Shown here one piece after another: positions 49,958-59,222 of a stretch of DNA of 59,222 nucleotides. Made by a program: the position numbers and the translations under genes. The notes beneath the pieces were generated by a model. The model made no database searches. It was not told the DNA's origin and worked only from the letters and a program-made list of their open reading frames with translations. Each line of letters begins with the position of its first letter. The first letter of the stretch is position 1. The stretch is from Halocafeteria seosinensis (lineage: Eukaryota), in NCBI GenBank assembly GCA_001687465.1, contig LVLI01000720.1, forward strand, positions 1 through 59,222. Direction: 5' to 3'.

Positions 49958-50335
49958 TGCACAGAGATCACGCGAAGGTAGTGAGTGCACCAAGGGTTGG
50001 CATTAACGTCACAACATCTACCTTCGAGGCAGTACAACTTCCGTTATAGCCGGTGGCACCGGTGCTCGCGCGACCTTCACAAACTGAAGCCGTGGTCCAC
50101 TGGAGGAATCTAGTCTAGACTCCAGAAACGTTGTACATGGCACAGTGCGGAACGACAGAATGTAAATGTAATGCACACAGGAATTGTTTTGGTCGCATTA
50201 GGAAAGGTGGTGAGCTCTGTAATGTGATTATTCCAGGGCATGTGACTACTGGGACTACCGCCCGTCGCATCGATATATGTGTGTCGTAATGTATGCATTG
50301 TTCGTATATCCCACATCCTAAGATGCTGCTCCAAT

Positions 50336-51909
50336 TCATGACGGATACTGTCCAATCCATAGCTCATTGATGAACCTGCGATTGAGCAATTTGAATGAGC
50401 AAAATTGCAACATAGTCTGAGCAAAAGATAACTCACGGTTCTGAGTTCTCATTCTCTTTCACGATCGATGTAACACTGAGTGCTCCGTATTCCTTGAGCG
50501 TCCTGACTTGCTCAGATGCAGAAGGTACTTCATAATTCGGGAAGTCTATGAATATTGTATGGCCATCTTGGTGGTTCGCTATGGGGCGGAAGTCTGCAGT
50601 TGGATGCGATGCTACTCTAATCGATCAGAGCAAGCATCAGCGGCGCATGTACTCACCAAGGAGAGAAGAGCGAGTTGCGTCCACATTCATCGATCCGTCT
50701 ACGTATATCACGTCACATTTGAAATCTGCAAAGAAACTCTGGCTTTGAAGTTGTGCTACAAGTCGTTGGGCAGTATCAGCTTACCTTCGTTCAGCTGAGC
50801 AAAACGGGCTATGGTCAAAGGAGGATCACCGACATATAATGTCAAACGGTTTGGGTATCTGTCAAGAACGGTTTAGCAGTTTTAGCGCCAATTGATGAAA
50901 AAGCGATAGACTATCTTACCTAGAGTCCAAGTAATCGTGCCCTGGTACAACCTCGGGATCCGAGCCTTCATCGAAAGCGTGGATTTGAGTATTTGGGCTG
51001 AGAGACAGAAATGCTGCGTCCACCAATTTGGAACCTTCATTTACAACGTCAATCTCACATGAATTTGCAACTATGGTACTTACTTGCTGCTACCTGTCCA
51101 GAACTAAATCCTGAGATGCATATGTTTTTATACTCGGGGTTCTCTCTGATACTACTAGCCAGGAACGCGAGTTTGGAGGGATTCTCAACCAAGTTTTCTA
51201 AGTTTTTCCCACCCGTTGGTTTTAGCTTCAGTTGTTCTAGGCTAGCACGCATGTCGCTAAGTGTCTTCACAAGTCTGTAAACAGGATCCGACAGAAGAAT
51301 GCAGAAATCAGTGAGAGAATGTCCGTCCTGAGAGCCTGCTCACCTTGGTCCGGCTTGGAGAATTTTCCCTCTCTTTGTTTCTATAAGAAGACGAAGCTTT
51401 TGTTCACAACCTTTCATGAAGTCACTTAGTTGGTATTGCTGTGGTTATGATTCGGGAAGAAAATAGACTTTAATCAGGAGTTCTGTGGCAACCAACGAGC
51501 GACAGGTAAGAGCTTACATTGAGTGCCTCTTGAAGCTTCATACAGAGCTCTCCAGCAGCGTTCGAGGGATTTGTGCCTGCATCCACGATTATTCAAGGCA
51601 TGATGCACTAACCTTGACTTTTTATACAACTATAGAATTGGTAGATGGACAGTTTCATAGACTTGAGCAGAATTCTCGAAAGATACCTTGACGATCCTTG
51701 GTACATTTCCTGAGTCTCTTACCTTCTGCCGCAATAAGGGAAATCTCCCTATTAAATGGTGGGTTATTGGGGTTCTTATGAGGTACTGTGAGTTTGATAG
51801 GAACCACCACCTTGGGCTGCATGAGCTTGTTTGGTGCAGCCTGAGCGAGGAGTGCTGCTGCTGTGGCCACAAACACGGCCACCAGGACACCAGAGCGGAT
51901 AGCCACCAT
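50336..51909 (-). CDS. Signal peptide or signal-anchor protein with a class I SAM-methyltransferase-like domain (Methyltransf_24-like). 9 exons.
   Basis: Hand-spliced: MVAIRSGVLVAVFVATAAALLAQA...AEG|TNPSNAAGELC...|QYQ...GPR|LVK...NICISGFSSGQVAAT|FLSLSPNTQIHAFDEG...DSR|YPNRLTLYVGDP..TI.RF..NED|FKCDVIYVDGSM..LLD|FRPIA..TIFIDF...EP|FINELWIGQYPS*. Eight GT-AG introns all keep the frame. Confidence 0.8.
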
Positions 51910-52487
51910 CTTACGATTCTTGCTCTTGCTAACGACTCTTGACGAATGCTTAGCCAGCTTGATACTCTGAGGAAAGCCACTAAATAGTAGGAAAAGCTAG
52001 ATAAAAGGAATGGGAATTCTCGATCTAGTCTGTGAACAAGGGGAAAAGCACAATACGGGGCGACCACTGCAGTTCTGCTGCTTCTTGCAGCACTATGAAG
52101 AAAGCAGAGGAATGTGTGTATGTACTTCCACAATAAAGATGCCCTCATTTCCTCTATTATAGCCCTGTATAGGGGAAAAGGAATTGTGACTCCGGCAGGC
52201 CACGCAGCTTCAACGGCTCACTGGCCACACGGCGGCAACGTGCTACAACGTGGTGTTCTGTCAGGAATCTAGGATGAAGAGATGGAGGAGCCTACATTTA
52301 GCAAGGAGTGCACATACGAGAGAGACGATAATATCTTTAGGATAGCCTGCCATACGGAGTAGAATTTCGGAATCCTATACTTCGAGTAAGACATGTTTAA
52401 TTTCAAGGAAGTGTAGTCACGTAACTCCTCCAAATTTCGTGTTATGGGAAATAGTTCACTAGGATAGTTGCTCTACACCCCAGGTCA

Positions 52488-54471
52488 TTACCAAAAAGGC
52501 AAAGCATTGACTCTACCATCGGCTGGCCACATATATCTAGGTGTTCCTTTCAAGTCTATCTTGGCACGGCACACTGGGCAGGTGACTGCACCATTATTTC
52601 GGGCTTCCCTGCGGACAAAAGATGAAAGCGCCTACATACTGTAGCTGTAGACAGTGAGATCTATGGTCACTCACCATCTTTCCAAACAGTCTCCGCAAAA
52701 TTGATGTCCACAATTTAGTTCAATGGACCGATCCACGTCGTCCAAACAAATTGGACACGTGCTTGGCTCTGAATGTTCGTGCACTTTGAAACACTTTGGA
52801 CGGATCTGCAGAATACAAATGATATTTCATGGAAAACTCTCTGCTTTTAACGTTAACAAAACGTACCACACTTTCGTGCAGCAGTGTAAAGAGACCAAGC
52901 ACCAGTATTCCCGCTGTTAATGCAAACCAAAACATTTTGTAACTTAGATACGCGATGCCCCAAAAGGATATTGGTCCACTGCGTTCAAAGATATCAAATG
53001 CGAACTGGATCCAAGCTGTATGCTTTTCCGATGCAGGCATTGGGCACGTATTGCTTTGGAAAAACGGATAGCCGTGTTCTACTGGGCACACAGGTTGTGA
53101 GACCGTACCAACTGGCAACGGTTCCCTAAACAGCTCTAGCCAATGAGCAGTGGTCCTATAGCCGACCCATAAGCGAGCGAATCCAGTTGCTGCGAAAAAC
53201 AAAATCCTCTTAAGGTTACCCATATACCGTCTCCAACTGATTGGTTGATGGGGCATGATTCCTGAAGTTTTGCCCGGTAGCAAGGCCAAGCATCCATTGA
53301 TTAGAAACAAAGCGAACACTGTTTGCAACCTTTCCCGAAGACAAACATAAGCTGCTTGTAACGCAGGACTGTGTCCCAACCTAGAGCCTAGCGTCTTCCC
53401 ATTATCAAAGGACTCCAATACCACTCTCCACAACGCAAACAGTAACATCCCATAAAATAATCGCGGTTTACGAAGACTGACTCCGTTAGACATGGCAATT
53501 ATGTACTGTGACATTTCTCGCATATACGAATATTCCTGGAGCTGCACCAACAATAACAACCACGAGTACCAACGCTGTTGTCTGAGCCAATACACAATGA
53601 AGAAGAGAGGCAGTAAAGTTGATACCTGCCAGCTTAAATCATTTGGTAAATTTTCGAGATGAATCTCTATGCGCACATTGCTCACAAACTGCCGTAGTAT
53701 ACCAAATATTCCTGGACTGTCATCAGGGGTGTCCATGTCGTCCAACGGATCCTCTCGTTGGTTTTCTTGCGCTGTTTCCACAGGAACGGTCGTCCTCCTA
53801 TCTGCGACAGATGTCTGTTGCGAACCAGCATCTGTGTGGGAGCCTCTTTGCTCCTGAGACACAGAAGAAACGCACTGGGAAGCGCTTGTACTGCTGTCGT
53901 AAGAGCCAGTGGAAACCCTTGTCGGAGCGCTTGTGTATGTCGACTGTCCCACTACCCTTCTGGCATGGTTGGAGTCCCCATCGTCCGACACTGTGGTTGG
54001 GAGATCTTCAGAAACCGGGATGTTCTGTCGCCTTTGTCGGGTGTATGAAATCTCTCCGCTGCTGACCTCTTCTCTTGCTGCTGCGGAATTGCCCGAAAAT
54101 TGGTAATTTTCTCCATAGACCAGTGGTACTTGAAACCCCGTTCCACAGCGCTCATCAATTGGGTCTACGGGATTCCTATTAAGTAGTTCCTCAGCATTTC
54201 CTACAGACGAGGCGGATGAGCCTTTTGATGAAGAGACATGCGCATTGGAATTGCTAAGGTGAACATTCCTGTGCTGCTGGTTTTGGTCTTGCAGATGACG
54301 TATTTGGACTTGGTCGTCTCGGGTCCTTGCTCTTTTCACTCTTTCCGACCCATAGGTGTCTTCCAAATGATTATCAGTCGTGGATCGTTTGGTACTAGGG
54401 CTCCTCGTGCTGTGTTGAGAGGCATCACCGTCCGCCATGTTGGCATCTTCAATATCCCCCACTTCTTCCAT
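52488..54471 (-). CDS. Multi-pass membrane RING (C3HC4) E3 ligase, RNFT1/2-like. Introns 52806-52866 and 52609-52674. Start codon uncertain.
   Basis: Disordered N-terminus and several hydrophobic helices (YLSYKMF..), then a spliced RING CPICLDD..LNCGHQFCGDCLERW|..TCPVCR and an RNFT-like tail WPADGRVNALPFW*. Confidence 0.8.
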
Positions 54472-54771
54472 CCTTCTTTTTCGGTTCCCACGTCCGTTAA
54501 ATTGATCGATTGAAGAGTTCAATCAGAGAACAGGTACGCGTTTACATTTCCTCATAATACTGAACATTACCTGAGGAAGCGTACTGTATTGTTTATACAC
54601 CTTACATCTGCTTGTAAAGGAACAATCATTTGTGCGACTTCCACAAATTTCTCCAATTCTGCGTTCTTTATGGCTTGTTGCATAGTAGTATAATCGACTA
54701 TTGAAGGGAAAACAACAGCAGTCTGATACTCTAAATCGTGTTTTATTGCTCGCGAGATCTGGATCGAGAAA

Positions 54772-56779
54772 ATGGTGCGCGTTCAAGTGAAATGGAAATC
54801 TGACAAATTTGAGGTGGAATTCGACCCCACCGCGCCCAATGCCGTCGATGGCTTTAAAGGGGCCATTTGCGAGAAGACAGGTAAGTCTGCAAGAGTTCCA
54901 CGTTACAGGTAGCTCAATGCCAATGGTGCGTGCGGTGTGGGATGCAGGAGTACCGAAGGGACGTCAGAAATTGATGTCCAAAGGCGCGTGGAAAGGTGTT
55001 TTGAAAGACAGCGAAGATTTATCCAAATGCGATATTAAGGAAGGACAGCAAGTATGTTCAAAAAGTGGAATTGAATTGGGGACGCTTGCTGTTAAACCGG
55101 GTTTGCTCTTTTAGAGACACTGCAGGTTACTTTAATGGGTACCTCCGAAGGAGTGCCGTCGAAAGGACAGAATGAAGTGGTACGTGTATGGCATGATGCC
55201 CAGAGAAGGCCACTTTATGGTTTACAAAATCGTATAAGAATCTACAGGTATTTGTGGAGGACATGAAGCGAGAGGATCAAGCGAAACATGGGAGCGTTCT
55301 CCCTTCCGGTCTAGTCAACCTAGGCAATACTTGCTACATGAACTCTACACTGCAGTGCTTACGCCATGTACCAGAGTTACGAGATGGCCTGAAGTTGCTC
55401 AAAAACGACGAATCCACAAATACCAACGACCCATCTGGACTAAGCAAGGAGCTAGCACAGCTATATGACTACCTCGACAGATCCGACGAGAGCTGCCAAC
55501 CACTCGCGCTTATTTCGAAGCTGCGTCAGTCGTTTCCTCAATACGCGGAGCAAGTTCGCCCTGGACAATTCAAGCAACAGGATTCTGAAGAATTTACTAA
55601 CTTAGTCCTCTCCAATTTGGCGAGATCTCTCGTTCAGAAACCTGAAAAGCTACCACGGTTAGTCAAACGGTCAGCCGGTACGGATCAGCCGAACGTGGTG
55701 GATACCCTTTTTGGATTCGAGCAAGAAGTTCAATTAAGCTGTGAAGAGTCCGGCGAGGGCCCGGAAATAAAACGCGAAAGTGATAGAAAACTAGTATGCA
55801 ATATCCAGGGAGGAGCTGGAGCAGCGGTCCAAATCAACCACCTTCATGAGGGTATACAACTTGCGCTGGAGGGGGAAGTCGAGAAACATAGTGATTCACT
55901 GGGACGTAATTCCGTATGGAAGAAGCAAGTGAGGATGGACCAGCTGCCCAAGTATCTATGTGTTCAATTAATGCGTTTCTACTGGAAACCGACTCCTGGT
56001 TCGGAAGATCACGCCGGTGTCAGCTGCAAAATGCTGCGAGTAAGTGGAGCGTGTAAAATGATGATATAGCATATTCTGACATAATTATGGCTGGTGTGGA
56101 CTCATTGTTACAGCCTGTCAGTTTTGAGGTGAACAATTTTGATCTGTACGATTTCTGTAGTTCCCGAGTACAAGAGGTTCTCAGTAAGGCTCGTAACAAG
56201 TACGTTGCTAAATGGCTTTGTATGTCGACGCCATTGATTGTAGTCGTGGATTGAGTTGATAGCAGATACGCAAAGGAACAACTTAATGACTTGTCCCAGG
56301 GGGAATCCGTTAAAAAAGCGAAGACAGACGAGGAGCAAGATCGTACTATGAGTGGTAACTCAGCGGTCGGTGACGAGGGCAATAACGAGGATGATGATGA
56401 ATTAAGCAAAGCCATTGCTATGTCCATGGAAGGAGAGGGTGATAACAGCAGAGATGGCGCTGCCGTCAGTGGGGCTGGTGGGAACTCCACCGACATAATC
56501 TCTAGCGAAGACATAGGTGTTGGGCTCCCCGATGATTTCCGAGGGTTGTATGAACTGTTTGCCATCGTAACTCACAAAGGCAGGTCTTCAAATTCGGGAC
56601 ATTACATGGGTTGGGTAAGGCAAGGTCCACCTGGGAATTCTGAACGCAACGGATCCGATGACTGGCTGGTATTCGATGATGACGAAGTCAGTCCTTGCAA
56701 TACGGAGCACATACAGCGTCTGAAAGGTGGTGGTGATGACCATATGGCTTATCTGCTCTTCTACCGCGCCAAGTGCTAA
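54772..56779 (+). CDS. USP14: Proteasome-associated deubiquitinase USP14/Ubp6. 6 exons, introns 54881-54947, 55052-55125, 55180-55247, 56040-56113, 56200-56265.
   Basis: N-terminal UBL (MVRVQVKW..TG|VP..RQKLM..LMGT), Cys box GLVNLGNTCYMNSTLQCL, QQDSEE, His box THKGRSSNSGHYMGW, FDDD, and LKGGGDDHMAY. Confidence 0.95.
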
Positions 56780-56965
56780 GAAAAAGATGAAAAAGGACGT
56801 GTTCATACGTGTGCTCCTGGATGGTGACTATAGTATATAGATTTTGAGTTGATTGAAGTATGTCGTCAGAAAAATGGACAAGCATATCACGGGTTTGTGT
56901 TGTTGCCTGCCACTTACTTGGTTATCAGCAGTCTTTTACTTCCCATAGGAAGATATTAATCAAAA

Positions 56966-58605
56966 ATGAGTGGACCGTCTCCCCGTTGTTATTATGATAT
57001 CTTGGAGGTGTCCCGGGAAGCTGAAGAAGATGAAATACGACGTCAGTACAGGAAGCTTATTCTCCAATGGCACCCCGATAAGAACGCTGGCCAAGAGGAG
57101 CTGGCAACCCAACGCTTTCGAGAGGTCAAAGAAGCGTACGAGGTACTCAGCGATCCTCAGGAGCGAGCATGGTACGATGCTAATCGCAGCAAAATCTTGC
57201 ACCAGAGTCGTGGAGGAGCCAGTGGTGGCGAAGAGGATGATGGAACTGTTTCACCTCTGGTCGATTTATGGAGATATTTCAACAGCACCTGCTTCGAAGG
57301 TTTCGGAGACGATGAAGAAGGGTTCTACACAGTTTATCGCAAGTTATTTGAGCAAATTGACCGGGAAGAGAAGCGATACAGCACGAAACGCGATAAGACG
57401 GCAGCTCCCAGCTTCGGCACTTCTACTTCGCCTTGGTCAGAAGTGGACAGATTTTATTCCTACTGGGCGGCATACAGTTCAGACATGTCGTTTTCATGGA
57501 GCAACCTATACGACACGGACGATGCGCCCACAAGACAGGTAGGTGGCCTTCCTCGATGATCTTGTGGTGAGTTGTTTGGAATTCCATTTTGGCTTGTGCG
57601 CAGATACGACGTGCTATGGAAGCGACAAATAAGAAATTTAGGAGCGCTGCAAGGAAAGAGAGGTCGGAACAAGTGCGGGCATTAGTTAAGTTTCTCTATA
57701 GGCGAGATGAAAGGGTGGTAGCTCAGAAAGAGGCGGAAAAGCAAGATAAGCAACAGAAAGAGGCGGCTAGGAAGAGAGAGAAAGAAAGGAGAGAGGAAGA
57801 GAACCGGAAGATCAAAGAAGAAAAAATGCAACAAATGCAAAAAATTTGGCAGGAGCAAGAAGACCTCGAGCGGGAGGAAGCGGCGAACGCCTTTCGGGTC
57901 GATGAAGAGGATGCTGCGGGATCGGAGGAGGAACTACAGCCGGTCAATAGTAAGAGTGGGTACAATGATATTGAGGGAATTGCTTTCCGCTCGGAAGTAT
58001 ATAAAGGAGATGAAGAAGATATATCACCTGTTACCTCCTCGAGAAAGTCAAAGAAAGCGAAGAACCAAGCCAACAAGAAGGCAACTGAGGTCGATCCAGC
58101 CGCAGAGGCTGCGAAGATATTCAACAAGAGCAAGAACAAAAGGAAGCAGGCTCAATTCTCACAGAAACAGGATTCAGCGGAAGTACCTCCAAAGGATGAA
58201 TCTCAGAGCAACGATGTAGATGCCGAAGTGAGCGATGCCGACGAAGATGGCATGGAGGATGCGGTACCTGCAGCAGCGAGTTCAGCCTTTGCCAATTTAA
58301 ACATGGAAGATAGTTCGGAAGAAGAGGATACAGACGAGGAGGACGAGACACCGAAAGAAGCAGTTACTAATGTAAGCAAACCTCATCAGGTAAAGAATAG
58401 GAAGAAAGGAGATAAACAGTACACGGGCAAACCTCATATATTGGGGGGAATCGATCTACATGACAATACATCCTCGGAAGAATCTGAAGAGGAAATTGCA
58501 GCAGCTAGCCCTGGAAATAGGACATTTTCTAGCACATGCTCCAAGAAAAACAGTCGGCGAGCAATGCGAAGAGTAATCAACTCCCAAAACCAAGGGAAGT
58601 CTTGA
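56966..58605 (+). CDS. DNAJC21: DNAJC21/Jjj1-like J-domain protein (60S ribosome biogenesis co-chaperone). Intron 57539-57603.
   Basis: J domain with HPD motif (WHPDKN..AYEVLSDPQERAWYD), then GFYTVYRKLF, FYSYW..FSW...APTRQ|IRRAME..NKK.R..ARKE....VR.LV.F...RD.RV, a coiled coil and an acidic tail. Confidence 0.9.
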
Positions 58606-59147
58606 GATCATCACCAGTTTTGAAGAAGACATCCGCGTAAACCCTGGAGCACCGAGGACATCGTCCCCACCAAAGCGATTCCCATGTCCGTTCTGCCTCT
58701 CGGTAGCCTTTCCAGTGCACGAGGATCCGCTTGTCGTGGGTCCTGAAGATGCTCCACCCGGAGACTCCACGCCTACACTTGGCGATGCATCACAATAGTA
58801 GTGCATGCGAAAGAAGGCGGATTTGCAATCTTAAAGCAAGCGCTCGGACACGGGGGAAGACCGATACCTCCAGCTGTATATTCAGGCAAGCTACAATATA
58901 GCCGCTTCATTGATCATCTAATTCGTCAGGATCAACATCATCGTAGATCTCATTATACTGGTCGAACCTTATCATCATACTCGGCTTCCTACAAGCCGAC
59001 TGCGCCCGAGCCAGTCAAGGCTAAGAAAGTTTTTTGAGTAAATATACTCCTGGGATGCGGTAACAAAGCGGATGCCAGAGGAATAGTAAGCTACCGGTAG
59101 TAACCTTCGTTTTAAACACCTGAAAGGAATCTGCCCATTTACCCGTG

Positions 59148-59202
59148 GGTGACGTGACGTGAGTCACCTTGCTCAGCCCCCAGCCTGGGGGCCAGGCTGG
59201 GG
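59148..59202. repeat. Two adjacent GC-rich inverted repeats at the window end
   Basis: GGTGAC-gtgacgtga-GTCACC at 59148-59168, and a perfect 11-bp stem CCCCAGCCTGG-ggg-CCAGGCTGGGG at 59178-59202. Confidence 0.7.
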
Positions 59203-59222
59203 CGGCCAGTGGGGCCCCAGGC

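Noticed and set aside
51613..51629. Possible 17-nt poison micro-exon in intron 1 of the methyltransferase-like gene (TAG|..|GTTAGT)
   Set aside because: The downstream intron would be only ~36 nt, well below the other introns here.
1..59222. CRISPR arrays, prokaryotic operons or defence systems, rRNA, snRNAs, non-standard genetic code
   Set aside because: No repeat-spacer pattern or hallmark motif was seen by eye. The genes are spliceosomal-intron eukaryotic genes, and TAA, TAG and TGA all act as stops.

Overview
Gene-dense eukaryotic nuclear DNA with short GT-AG introns (mostly about 60-90 nt) and the standard genetic code. It is probably a flagellated protist, possibly a stramenopile; that is an inference, not a database result. 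I spliced 13 protein-coding models by hand and checked that reading frames are kept across junctions. In order: a 5'-incomplete LARP4-like gene, HACD/PHS1, SAC1, a ~4,520-aa protein with C2-like, EF-hand-like, four PUB-like, propeller-like and helical regions, poly(A) polymerase, an orphan gene, a ~5,450-aa TRRAP/Tra1, CHID1, a Kelch+MORN protein, a 9-exon secreted or anchored methyltransferase-like gene fragmented in the ORF track, an RNFT-like RING E3, USP14/Ubp6 with an inserted UIM, and DNAJC21/Jjj1 without zinc fingers. A tRNA-Asp(GUC) gene lies between HACD and SAC1. Decayed or repeat-like DNA occurs at about 1-1,850, 25.8-27.6 kb and 58.5-59.2 kb. The most notable candidates are the multi-PUB giant protein, the UIM-bearing USP14 placed head-to-head with a RING E3, and the degenerate secreted methyltransferase. 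No prokaryotic system, CRISPR array or intact mobile element is evident.
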